A DNA stretch of 64,000 nt from Takakia lepidozioides (taxonomy: Eukaryota; Plantae; Bryophyta): positions 18,972,001-19,036,000 of the forward strand of contig CM060731.1 in the NCBI GenBank assembly GCA_030704615.1. Reading direction: 5' to 3'. The notes under the pieces are model-generated. The model was not told the DNA's origin and did no database searches. It worked only from the letters and a program-made list of their open reading frames with translations. Of this stretch, positions 1 to 13,343 are shown one piece after another; positions within the stretch are counted from its first letter, which is position 1, and every line of letters starts with the position of its first letter. A program made the translations under genes and the position numbers.

Positions 1-1401
1 TGGATGATAAAGTTCCTAAATATGAAAAAGGTGGCCGCGGAGGAGGGTAAAAGGGTGACTGCAGAGGAGGATGATAATCAAAAGGGTGGCAGAGGGTTAC
101 AAAAACGGAATGAGAATGTCATTTATTCATTGTTTTTGGGATGAAAGGACGCATGTCAGCAAATTTAGGACCTAAAAAAAAGAAAACCTAAAACACATCT
201 TCCTTCTTTCATTTTTTTTCCTCCCATAAAACACAAAACTAAACATAGTTAAACTAAACAAATCTTGCTACGGGTGTGGTATGGTTCCTGGGCGGTGTCC
301 CCTCATTCGTCTCCATGGCGCATAAATGAAAGAGGTTATTTTCTCCTCTCACTACTAAGGGGCCTGATTTGTGAGCTCGCTCCCAGGTGTTTCCCTTTCA
401 TAATTTTTTTTTTTTTTTAAAAATATAGTGACATATAATCTTCATTACTGTTTACAAGCTTTGTGAGCCAAGTTACTTGGAATTTTATTTGTATTTCCAA
501 GAGCCTTGCAAACATTGATACTTCTTATCTATGTGCCATGTAGCATTAGGCAGGGTCTTTTTGGGCCAAGGTTCAAATATGCCATTTAGTGTAGATTGAC
601 TGAAATGCAATATAAGCCAATTTAAGGTTTTCTACTTATGAATGGTGGTTTAAATTTTTTTGGTGGTGTTTGGCATAATTTCTGCCTAGTCTCCAATGAT
701 GCCTAAACCCTCCAATTTGCTACGTCAATTCTGGGTTATTCGCCTCAACAAGTCTACTAGGTTTTAGGTTCATTCGCCCAATACCCATTCAAAATCTCAT
801 ATTATCGCCAGCCATTTCCACTAAGCATTTTGTACAAGCGCCAGACATGCTCCTCCAAGGTTCTAATGGATGCCACTTGTGCTACAATGTAAATACCTTA
901 AAAGAAACGCTGCCTCATATCCATCTATTTGGGGGTACCCCTAATCTTTGAAAAATCGTGGGGGGCAGGGTTTTGGGTTTTTGGGGGCGCAGTAAAGTGG
1001 AGCGTGTGGCATTAATTCCAGCGCTCACTTTTCATTCAGACACTTTTTCATCCGCTTTCATCCGGCTGCGACCCGATTCAGCCTTTAAAACAAGACGGAA
1101 CCCAGAAGATGTAGTTGCAAAATTCAATTGTTTTCCTCCTCTTGGTTTAATCAACTTGGCATCAATCAGCAGGGATCAATAGAGTGCAGCCCACAAGTTG
1201 AGCAGCAGCAGCTCACATAATGAGATGATATACACTGGAGCTCGTCATGGTCTGGGAAAGCCACATAATTTGCCATCATGGATATCACACAAGTTGAAAG
1301 AATAACTTTACCGTGTGTAGAATGAGTCAGTTACTCAAATCTGTAATCATTGTAATTCTTAGCTTTTCCTAATCCTAAATAAATTGATGGAGAACCATAA
1401 T

Positions 1402-4400
1402 TCATTCCGTATCAAATGCCAGGAGGGATGGTTCATAGAATGAAGGGGCTTCGAAGCCCATGAGGTTCATGTAAGTGGCTGTCACATTAGCGAGGCCTGC
1501 TTTGGGCAACTTGTCACTGAACCTTACAGAACTGGGCAGGCCTGGTCCTCCAATTGCAACTGGAACCTGCATTAACAGTTCAACCAGATCCCAAAAAAAA
1601 TCAAGATTATGACAGGGAAGGCCAAGCAAACTTGCATAGGGCATAAATGGTAGGAAAGGGGGGGACGGAGAGAAGGATTACAAATTACAAGACCACACGC
1701 GAGAAGATGGAATTTCCTCCCTTGACCAAGAATGTGCGGGATGCAGAGAATATACAATCTTGAAATTCAATCTGCTGGACACAGACATGGAGGAGTGACA
1801 GTCCCACTGCTGCACAAATAATCACGACTAATAAAGGTGAAGGTTGTACCGGGGCGAGAGTGTGAGACGTAAGGGGAGCTACGTTGCCCTTGTCATCGAG
1901 CAGGGGTTCCCCATTCTTCTTGCGCTGTGCCATGTCGTCACAGTTGCCATGGTCTGCTGTGATCAGATAGATGCCCCCAACTGTTTCCACTGCATCCAAC
2001 AGGAGCTGCAATCATCCAGCCACATTTCATCAGTCACCAACACCACAACACTAGAACAGAATGGTCGACTCATTATCAACTGTACTTTCCTTCGCAGATT
2101 TATAGATACTGCGCCAGAGCCTCTTCCTATCCACCCTTCTGCGTGTCTCCCCCCATTACACCTCATCATTCAGGAGCGAAATAGCCATTCCAGGAACCTA
2201 CACTGGCAGACGCACCTTTACTCCTTGATCAACAGCTTTACAGGCCTTTTTGGTAGCTTCCAAATCCCCCGTGTGCCCGACCATGTCACCATTGGCAAAA
2301 TTGACACGCACATAGTCAAATGACCCTGAGAGTAGTGCTTCTTGCGCAGCTTTTGCAATTCCAGCTGCCTTCATATGGGGAGCCTCATTGAACCTGACGT
2401 TATCACTTTGTATTTCATAATAGGTCTCCAAGGCTTTGTCAATTTTGCCTGATCGGTTTCCATTCCAGAAGAATGTCACGTGTCCAAATTTCTGTGTTTC
2501 ACTGGAAGTTCCAACCCACATCACCAATCAACATAAATCCAACCAATGCACAATAAAGGAGTAAAGATGTAAGAACTAGGGCTCATCCAGTGTGGTCTCT
2601 CTGGCACCTAGAAACTTCATCAGCAGCAACTTCCCATGGGGGTCCCAGCACCCAGCCTTTGCCCAGAACATATGGTTCTTGTGATTCATAGTGATGAAAA
2701 TCAAGTTTCACAAGAATCACCAGATTTGGTGACGAAACTGATCTTCCCACGGCGAATAGTCACAGGAATCACTGAATTATAAGGGCTTGTCCACTGCATA
2801 TGCAGCGCAGGTGGACTTAACATACTGAAAGTCACTTCTAGCGAAAAAAAAAATTGAGTTGACTTAGTTCATATGTAGTTCATACTTTGAACTCACAATT
2901 ACAGACAAAGGAGCACTACCTGCAAGCGAAGGTCCTTATGCCATTAGCACACAGATACTGCCCCGAAGTTTTCTCAATGAGGGGAGGGGGAACCAAGTAG
3001 TGCGTTGGCAGCTTCAAGTCCCCATCGTACTGCATCATGCCCAAGTATCGCACTTTGGGCCACCTCACGCGATCAAAACTATTAAAATTCTCGTACTCGA
3101 AAGCCTTGCTTATCTGGATCATGCGGTCAGCCCGAAAATTTATGTTGACAACCACATCATTGTCTTGAATTGGTCCAACTGGCACTCCACTCTTATCCAC
3201 AACAACAAAGGGAGGGTAGAACTGGTCGTTCAATTTGGGATCCGCATCCTTCAGCTTTGTGAGGGCTTCAAGGGCACTCTCAAACTTGTGGGGAGCATCT
3301 CCCAACACATGGGCATGCCATCCACGCTCCACAATGTTCCAATCAGCCTATCACAAGCACAAATCAACCCATTATATTCCAGAACTTCCACCCAACCTGT
3401 AGCCTGGATCACACACAGTTTAATGACCAGGAGCCCAACTACAAAAACCTCTTCTGGTCACGGAGCACCACTAACCTAGTATTCAGCCTCAGCCAGATTG
3501 AGAATAAAAGATGGATTTGAACCTCCCATGAGCATGTTATCCAAGAAAATTAACAATGTGTGCCTGTACCTCATAACGATCCATTGTAACATACATGCGC
3601 CCACCCCCAGAAGCAATTTGGGCATCGCAACCATGGATTCGCAGATTCTCCAAGTCTTTTTCTAATTGACCCACATACTGGATGCTGGAACCATCAGGAA
3701 CATCTCGACCATCTGTTAGTACATGAACTCGAATCTTCTTGCACCCGTGGTCTGCAGCACCATGCATCATGGCGGCGAGCTGGTCATACCTCGAATGCAC
3801 ACCTCCATCGCTAAGTAGTCCGATGAAGTGAAGTGTCCCCCCTTGGACCCATGCTTCCTTTGCGTAAAGCCATCCATCGCCAGTGAACATACTGCCGCTT
3901 TCTAAGGCATCATCCACCAGACTTGCTCTGCACGCACTTGCATACAATTACTAAGCATTCCTGATCCCCCATCTCGTGGAGAGTACCTGAGCCAGTATGA
4001 CTCAGGCGCAAGCAGTCAATGGCAGGCTACCGCTACAGTATCATTGGCGTAATGTGTGTCTCAAAGTGTGCTTCTAATGGCGCTGAAAAGTAGAGTTATG
4101 TGGTAGATCTTACGATCATCACTACTTCAATGTTATCAAAGCAAGAAAACATACCATTTGCCGCATCGACTACATTCGCCACACCACCACTAACAATTTG
4201 CACCAACAAATGCATTTCCAGTATCTGACTGGTAATCTAGTCTTCCTAATCACGATGATCAACAGACAAGACCAGGAGGATGTGATAAGGCTGCCAACAT
4301 GTAGGAGACTGAAACTACATAAAGACAAATAGTCTTTCAAACATACAGAAGGGAGAACAAAAGATACTGAACCAGAGGAGCAAAACACTGAATAGACTAC

Positions 4401-4772
4401 GCTTGCCCAGCCCTACGGCCGTAGACCTCCTGCTGATTTGAGAAGAAACAGGAGAGCAAGCGAGACACACACTCACCCCTGTTGGATGATTTTCCCGGCA
4501 CCCATGGCATTATGTCCCACCTCACTGTTACCCATATCACTGTCACTCGGAAGCCCCACAGCTGTTCCATGAGCCTTGATAGTGCGCCAGCGGAGAGGAG
4601 CCCCTGATCTCAAGGACTTGATGGTGGGACAATCGCCCTTGTAAATAGCGTTGTACTCATCCTCCTTGTTTTCACCCCACCCATCCAGCACAACAAGAAG
4701 GAAGGGCTTCCCTCGCGGAATCACCGAGTGGGCCTCGAGCTGCCACTCTGATTGTGGCTCCGGGAGCACCAT
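1402..4772 (-). CDS. iPGAM: 2,3-bisphosphoglycerate-independent phosphoglycerate mutase (plant cytosolic type), 6 exons: 4772-4477, 3927-3570, 3347-2920, 2501-2216, 2005-1850, 1566-1402; 562 aa
   Basis: Motifs VVLDGWGE, DMGNSEVGHNAMGAG (catalytic Ser), GLLSDGGVHSR, NFRADR, SETQKFGHVTFFWNG, NGDMVGHTG, ITADHGN, LTSHT. All five introns are GT-AG and the exons sum to 1689 nt, in frame. Confidence 0.97.
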
Positions 4773-7766
4773 ACCCACCAATTTCCTGACTGCCCAATGC
4801 CACGGTTTGCTCAAGTCCACTTCTTTGTAGGGAACCACACTGCTACACGGAGGATGTGCTACCAAGAAATGAAGAGAAAAGGAGAAGACTACGGCCCCAA
4901 ATTCGTGGGAGGAGAAGGGATGGCCCCTTGTGACGTGAAGGGGAGGGATGGTCTGCTGAAACTGCTGTTGATGCTCTCTTGTTTTGGCTTTTACTAGGCT
5001 TGCACACACTTTGCTTCTGGGTCACTCTTTCTCTCTCAGCTAGCACTTCTTTTTTGTTTCCTTTTTTGTTTTTTTTAAACCAGAAAAGGGGTCGGACAGA
5101 GGCCCTTGAACACTTCTTTTTGTAGACTGTTCCTTTCCCTCAATGTAGGGGTTGGTGAGCAGGCAGGGTGAATCACAATTCTAGATTGGTGACATTGAGT
5201 CTTGGGAGGGACCGCCAGTCAAGAATGGCATCTACCAATATTCCATACTGATGCTGGGCTTTAATTAATTCTAGAGGGTAGGGAAACGGGAAGCCAGGGA
5301 GATCAAAGTCCAAGGCATGTCACATTGAGCTTTGGTTTTAGGCTACCGATATGGGCAGCTTGCGCAACTTTCTATTGACTTGCTAGAATATAGAACTTTG
5401 ATATGCCTGCCGTCATAACGTCCTCAAGAACAGGTTCTGAGACAGGTGAACTATGTGACACTGTGATGCTAACTTTAGCTTAGATCGTGTTTTGAAAATA
5501 TCATGGGATGAGAAGCGCAAAGGTTGTTGGCTGTCAGAAGAAAGAAGGCCATGTGAAGGGATAAGTTAAATAGAGATTTTGAAGGAGGAGCCTTGAGGCA
5601 TTTGTGCGTTGTTTTCTCGACAAATTGATTCGCCCTTCTTCCTTTCCATCTTGAAGGATCTATTGTTGCCTTTTTTGAGGTGGAAATTATGCATAACGAT
5701 AGGAATGAGGAGAGCAAAATTGACGTCGACAAAGATCTCAAGAGGAAACTATTATTCAGAGAGGCAGCCAGTGGTCCGAGATAAACGCAAATTTTTCAAC
5801 ATCCAGCGAATTTAGAGAGCCTAGTGCTAAAACCAAGATGGAGAAGAAATGGGGGAGGCAGAGCTAACCCCCGCGGCTGTCATCTAGAGCCACATTTGTG
5901 AACCAAAGTGTGCTCCTCTGCCAGGTTTTCAGCGTCCGCCAAGCCCTGGCCATGACAACAGTGATGACCGACTCAAAACATCGAAGCAGATGATGCTGAT
6001 CAAGCTACATACTCTCGTGGCGGGCCCCTCCTTCCTTCATGCCGCTGTCTTAGGGCACCGTATCTTTCTACGGTTTGCGCGAGGTTATCATCCAACCCTA
6101 CCCTTGACCGGCTCCATCTCCGATTTTCTTCTTCTTCTTTTTCTGAAAGGGAAACACCCAGGTTTGACTACCCTCACAAATTGACATTCTTGACATTCAA
6201 TTGTCTTCTCATTCCACAAAGCACGGACTGTCCAAGTGCATCATGTTATGGCTCCAAGCACAGACACATAAGAAGGGGGGAAAAAAAAAGATTCAACCTG
6301 GAAATATGTAGATTAATCAAGCCTTGGTAAACGCTCTACCTTTGAGGGATGGCGCAAGAGGCCCAAGACAATGTAGATCAGCAACATCTTATTATTTCCA
6401 AGGATGATTTGGCAAGTAAATTGCTAGCACAAGCATCTTGTGTTCATTTAGTGATTACTAGGGTAGCGGTGTGCCGTGGGCCCAAGTGTCCAATGACATC
6501 TAAGTCCAAGTGCAATCCCCTATGTATCCAAGTGCGTCTTTTATGTCCGCGAGGCCCAAATGCAACCTCTAGGGTAGCCTTTGTCGTTGTCCAAGTGTCC
6601 AATGTCATCTAAGTAAGTTTTTTTCTACAGAGCAGAGCCTACGACCAGATTTGAACCGGAGACCTTTCCCTTGATATCTCCCCCCTCGAGGCTCCAACCA
6701 TAGGAACTTATGCCCACTTTGCCATTTTTGCTATTTTTTGTGAATTTCCAGCAACCAAAAAGCACTTGAAATTCCAAATCTGCCACATGATGGGCCAATC
6801 ATAGGGTAGCGTGCCGGTGGCCCAAGTGTCCAGAGTCATCTAAGTCCAACTGCATCTCCTATGGAGGTAGCGAGGCTTCATATATTGATATATCCAATCA
6901 TTGGCCCAGGAAAGCCCACTTTGCTAATTTATTTCTTTTCATGAATTTCCTGTGACCAAAAAACACTTCTCCCACATGAAGGGCCAATCATTGCTCCAGC
7001 CCATTTTTTGCTATTTTTCCCAAATTTCCAGCCACCAAAAGAACTTGAAATTTCGACATCTCCCACACCGCGGGTCCAAAAATCATGAGACCAAGCCGGT
7101 GCATCCCTCCTCATCGAGGGCTTTCCAACGGTACCAAGCACCAGCGCCGGGGCCTCGCGGTTTGGGAGATCTCAACGACGCTACAAACAAACAAACAAAC
7201 AAACAACGTCTTGATTCATATATAGATTGAAAGTTCCTAGGGTACTTTACATTCTAACCACAATGGTGAGCAAGGACACCAGAAATAACCTAGCTTTGCA
7301 GATGACAAGTTCACTGCTCATGTGTCATGGAAGAGACCATATTGCAGTCTTAAAATCTGATGCTAGGAATGCATTGAAATGGGTGGGATCGGTGATCTCC
7401 TCCTTACGTCAGTATGGTTGCCCATTCTTCGTTGATGGAAATCCAAACAATGATTGTTTTTGTTTGTATTTTACGTTTCAGGTTTATGGTTTATTCGTCT
7501 GGGCCTCCTAATTTTCGTCGCTCCAAGTCGATCTCAATCTGGTTAGGTACCCTTCGGTCGATAAAACTTAAACCTTCTTTCCATTTAGACATGGTATCTT
7601 GCTTAGTTTTTCTCTTCATGGATACTCTGTCCTTACTTGCATTATAATCTGTATATGTTGGGTAGTTTGTTCAATCATTGAAGCCCACTGCCATATCTCT
7701 AAAAGATTATAATGTTTATTTGGATTTTATTTATTTATTTATTTTCCGTGTGGGGCTAGACATTTA

Positions 7767-7906
7767 TGTTCACAGTAGTTGTACGTGACTGTACAAAAGA
7801 CCTACAGTTGGCCCTTTATAAATATTTCCTCCTTACTGTTCACAGTAGTTGTACGTGACTGTACAAAAGACCTACAGTTGGCCCTTTATAAATATTTCCT
7901 CCTTAC
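7767..7906. repeat. Perfect 70-bp tandem duplication (TGTTCACAGTAG...CTCCTTAC x2)
   Basis: Two adjacent identical copies at 7767-7836 and 7837-7906. Confidence 0.9.
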
Positions 7907-9620
7907 GTGTTATATCTCTTTTATTGTGACATTCTTTCTACTCTCCCGAATCTTACACTAGAAAAGAGTGAAAGAGTGTTATTATATGTTAAGTGTTAGG
8001 AAAATCCTACTCTCTATGGTGTTAAAGCACCCTCTTTATTGTTATATGTCATTATCCACCTCCAATTAGTTGACATGAATTAGCATTTCATTTCGTAGGT
8101 ATGTCCATCAACAGAGGTTGACCATAAATTTGATCTATCAAACACAAATCTCTTTGAAGAGAGGTGCAAACACAAATGTGGTCTCTCTCATGTGCTCTCA
8201 ATCGTATGGTATAATTTGAAGCCAGTCTACATAGTAGCCAGCAACCTCAATGCACAAATCGGGCACAAATCTATTGTTTTCAAAATGTTTGTCAATTCAA
8301 AAGGAGTTGTATGTTGCTAGGACATCCAATTCTCGACAAATGGATTCTATTTTTATTCTTTACAGAGAAAGTAGCCCTCAAAAAATTTATTAAAGGGGAA
8401 AAAAATAAACCCCAAGCAAACATGCCATAATAAGTGAGGGACGAACCGAGAAACGCAACAAATTAATGATTAAGTGTTATTTTCCACCTAGTTGACCTCA
8501 GTAAGTGTGAATATATTTATGATTATTATGGTCTAAACCTTTGCCTTCTTTAGATGCACTAGAATTATAGTGAAATAGACGCGGTAAGAAATCCCATTTT
8601 TTGTTGTTGTGAAAAAAAACATATTGGACCGACCCCATTTACTAGCATTCAAACTTCCAGATTATGTCAATCATTTTACAACCAATTTGTAACTACAATA
8701 TGGCAGGGCTTGCATGTATTCCATGCATTTATTTTATTTATTTTAATTATATACACCTTAATTATAAACATAAATATATTATATTCTTTATATATTCATT
8801 TTCATTTTTGAATGTAAAGTGGAACTCAGTCTCATTCGTATTTTCACTTGTAATTGTACTTGTTTTACCAGTTTAAAATACTATTGATATGAATCTCGAT
8901 TAAGTGGAGATGGTTATAGTGTCGCTATGATGGAGCTCATCATTGGAGTTAACACTCACATGTTCTTTGCATGACATTGCAGATCTAGATTTGTGAGATG
9001 CTGATTTGCTCCACATGTGAATTTTGGACAGTCAAATTTTGGCGCTTTGTGACAATGTGAGTTGTGACCTTTCTCTTCAAGGTGAAAGCAGACTACGGTG
9101 GCTCAATTTTTGTGTCACAACACGTATTTTACATAAAATAGTTTGATTCAATTGTACCTTAGAGACAATTTTTTATTACAATGAAATAGGACTCACTCTT
9201 ATACAAATCAGCTTTGATGATGTCACCATGGACCTCATTGCACCTTTCCAGGGCTGCCAGGCTTGCACACGCATTGCAAATGCAAACAAACGTCAACAAG
9301 CTTCTCCTCATCTATGTTATCTGTTTTTGGATACTTTCCTGCTGCCACATCGGCAGTAACTTGTCAAAGTCACTCCTAACCACCACAGATACATCCAACG
9401 AGCCCATGGAGACCTGCTAGCAACTGACACTGACCAACCCAATTCTGAATTGCATCAACAATTGGAGGATAAAGCAGCCATATAGAAATGAGGGAAGGCG
9501 ACAGGAGGACAGGGGAAAGAGATGAAGCGACCGGTCGTTGGGCGCTTCCCCGCCGCTCCGCCATCGCTCTCTCCGGCCACAATTACGTTTTTAATTTGAA
9601 TAATTGGGTTTTTTTTTTTA

Positions 9621-12600
9621 GAGAAGAGGGACAGAGGCCTCAAACTTTAGGACATGAATGGATTGAATGGACATGAAAGGATTTTCTTTTCTTTTAAAGA
9701 AACCTGGGAGCGACAGCCCACAATTTTTTGTATTATTCTCAACATTCGTTTACCTCGCCACACTTACATTGTTTCTATTGATGGTCAACATAATGTGAAA
9801 ATCTAATGAGGTTGGCGTAGACTTGTGTAGTTTTGGTGGGTGGATCTCCAGTTCGATCCATGAAATCCTTAGGTTTCATCGAGCGAAACCTAGCTCTCCT
9901 AAACGGATCACTTCGGGATTGGGTTTCATTCACACACTTTCAATTTATTCACCATATCGGATAATTGAAGTTGACAAATGGGATTTTATTCAAACAATGA
10001 CTAGATTAACGGATGTACTCGTGATGCTTGCACCTCAATATTGATGTATCAGACAAGATTGCACAAATTGACTATCTAGGAACTAAACACTTTGGTGTCA
10101 CGACGGAAGTGACGTCATGATTGTGACATGTCTTAATGTCATTTTGCGTCATTATTCTTTGAATCTTTTAGAGTATTCATGTCACGTCATTTTGTTGAAC
10201 CATGGTATCGGAGGATCCCATTTATGGTATATTCTTATTTTTTATATTTCATCGGTAATGTTTGACTTTCTACAGATTAGGCCCCGGCTTAGTAATTATG
10301 CCAAGAGCCACATTAGTCAAGACCCAATGCAAGAGGAAATAAGAGCTCGTCAACTACAGAAAGACTCATCAAGCAAGGAAAAAGCTAAACTCAGGGAGGA
10401 CTCGCCTGTTATTCAACTGACTTCACCAACCAGCCAACCTAGCCCCAAGGTGACCATAAGTGTTGCTTGCAACTCCAAATTCGCCAATGCCTGTCTTCAA
10501 ATGGCTTCCTTCCCAGGACTGGACCTCAAACGATGCAGTGCCTAGAGATTGTAGAACCCCCCAAAGCATCATGTACTGTTACACCACTCATCTTCAGGAA
10601 AGGTAACCCACCTGCCATGCTCATTACATCAGACGACCGGGAGTGCGTTGAATCACTTTGGATTACAACTTATGACATCACACACTTTGTAAAGACTTGT
10701 CCCCCCGACAGCAACCCAGAGATTCTGTTCAAACAAAAGATTCAAGATTCTTGCCCCATCACTTTTTTGTTCCATCAACCAAGGTTTCGTGGGGAGCATA
10801 CCTAGAAGACCACCCAGGCCTAAATTGTAAACCGTCAACGCAAGTACTGGCCCTTATGGAAGAGGCTGAGATTTACTCTACTCCTCAACCACTGACAGCT
10901 ATGTGGACCTAGGAAGAATGGCTCGAAAGCCCTGGAGGAAAGTCACAAGTTGTAGATCCGAAATCAAGATACAATGTTTAATGGTTTCCAAATCCTGGGG
11001 GCTTTCCTTGAGTATGAAATAAAAGAGGACAATCATAGAATGGAGATCCAAAGGACTGGAGACTTCATTAATGGAGTTAAGGCACCTAAGACTTCCTCAG
11101 CCTCTTCGGACTCCCAGGTGGACTCTTCTTCGGCAGAGGCGAAGGCTAGCAAAGACGATTTGGTGACTATTGTCAGTACTCTGCACATCTCCCCACCGTC
11201 AGTCATTGACACTACTCAATTCACTTCTCAGGAGAGCTCCCAACCATTGGTTTTACCACCTGACTCTCAACTCTCTCCAAATCAGGTTCTCTCCTCATCC
11301 TTTCCCTGTTTTTTCTTCCAGGTCCTTTCTAGGGATACTAACAGATGATGGCTGTTGTGTGGCAAAGAAAAACTTCTTTCTGGCAGGAAAAATAGGCATT
11401 TTCTTCCAGCATTCCACTTGCCAGATAACATACCCTCGGGTACTTTACCCTTGGATGGTTCCCTTGCTGAGAGGTATCCAGATCTTCAGAGTTTGTTACC
11501 GGTAGATTTTATTCCAACAAGTGTTACCATCCAGTCAGTTTTCATCTCCTCAGTACCCTCAGGTCAATTTCAGTTGTATCCAGTGAGCCCAAACCAGTTT
11601 CCTCTAAGGGGCATTTTCTTCCAAATTAGCAAGAAAAGTCCAAAGCCCCCAGACCATTTAGTCAGGGTTAAATCTCTTCGTCCAAGAGACCGCAGAGTAA
11701 AGTTTTTCTTTCGAATTCTTAGGCCATCAAATGCGACGTCTTGCGTGCAGACCCAACTTCCATTTTCTTTTCTTAAAAATAAAAACTTGGCTAGCACCCT
11801 TCTTAAGGAATGACTCCATCATTCATGAACATAAGCTCGATCATTCCAAGATATACAGCCTCTCGGATTATATGTGGCCTTGGCAAACACTCTCTGGAAA
11901 CCAACTTCGGAAGGTACTAAAGGGGGTACAGCCATTTTACTGTCCCCTTCTCTCCAACCCTTCATTTCTAATGAATCTATTTGGATTCCAAGGTGACTTC
12001 AATTCTGTTCTATTGCCCTCCCAAACTTAGCTGGAATCATAGGGATAGTTAACATTTATGCTCCAAATACTCCCATCGAAAGATCTGACTTTTGGTCTAC
12101 CCTAAACACCAAAATGCGGGAATTTTAATTTATAATAAAATTTATTAGGGCTACAATCCCCCTGTTATGTTTTTGCTATAAAAATGCCAAGAAGTTCGCG
12201 CCAAAAGTAGGTGCCATGTAAGCATATTGGCCCACTTTGGTCTTTTGGGCTTGGTCCCTAGTGTTGGGACCAATTTTTGGCCCTCGCCCAATAATAATGC
12301 TCCATTTCCGCTTAGTCTTGGTCTTGGTCCTTGGTGTAAAGTGGCCCTTAAATATATACGTAATACAACAAAACAAGCTGCAACCCCCTCACTAGAATCT
12401 CTGTATATGATAGGGGGTATATGATAGGGGGTAGGAAGGTACAAAGGATTGGGGCTGGCCCACCAAAACTACACAAGTCTACTTCACAAGTCTACACCAA
12501 CCTCCTTGGATTTTCACATTATGTTGACCATCAATAGAATCAATGTAAGAGCATCCCCACCCTACACTCCAACAGAATATCAAGGGGTGGTGGTAGGAAA

Positions 12601-13111
12601 CGTCCACACCCTTGCACTGAACCCAATATCCCATGAAAAGCGGGCACATAATATCGTTCCGTGCACTGAACCCCAGCGCCCTATTCAGGGCCCGAATACG
12701 CCCATGAAAAGTGGGCACATAATATTCTTCTGTGCACTGAACCCGAGCGCCGTATTCAGGCCCCGGATAGGCCGCTGAATCCAAGTCAACGTGACCATGC
12801 CCAGGTGTGTCAATAGCTTGGCAACGAGCACGACCCCTCCCCAATGGGAGCAGAGCTGTGCGAGGATAGCGTGGGCGATTCAGAGGCAAGGTGTGCGCTT
12901 GAAGGGGCTGACTCGCCACAGAACCCAACAGGCCCTGAATTGATCACGTAATTTTGGCGTTACAGGGAGTCTTTTGGGCTCAAGGGTGGGGATGCTGTAA
13001 GTGTGGAGAGGCAAACGAAAATCCATTCAATCCATTCATGTCCTTATCTATAAAGTTTTGAGGCCTCCGTCCCTCTTCTCTAAAAGTTTTGAGGCCTCCG
13101 TCCCTCTTCTC
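9621..13111. mobile_element. Segment bounded by ~50-bp inverted repeats (9621-9671 and 13022-13111); possible non-autonomous TIR element with TA target site
   Basis: GAGAAGAGGGACAGAGGCCTCAAACTTTAGGACATGAATGGATTGAATGGA is nearly the reverse complement of 13022-13080. The right end carries a 31-bp tandem duplication, and both ends are flanked by TA. Confidence 0.45.
10300..12110 (+). mobile_element. Degenerate L1-like LINE fragment (ORF1 remnant plus N-terminal APE endonuclease)
   Basis: GIVNIYAPNTPIERSDFWSTL at ~12032-12110 and a VKSL...RRVK / HEHKL remnant of the endonuclease N-terminus. Frameshifted, no RT. The start coordinate is approximate. Confidence 0.6.
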
Positions 13112-13343
13112 TAAAAGTTTTTTAAAAAACAAAATGCCGCATAGGTAGCTTTATAAAAAGCAAACCAGGCCTGAAATGGATTACACAATTTTCATCACAT
13201 CGACGCTTCCCGCTTCACCGCTCTCGCATTCTCAGTAGTGGGTCGCTCGAGTACTCGCTGCCGGGAGGACTGCAGCAAGGGTTCCTCAGCTCCAGCGCCA
13301 GTCTGAACATCTATCCCCCGCAAAGAATCCCACGAACGACGAG

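Noticed and set aside
4773-5009. N-terminal extension of iPGAM suggested by the ORF track
   Set aside because: It starts at a non-ATG codon and has UTR-like composition; the ATG at 4772 gives the normal ~560-aa length.
6460-7080. Locally duplicated 50-90 bp blocks
   Set aside because: Probably a small decayed repeat element; no termini or TSD could be defined.
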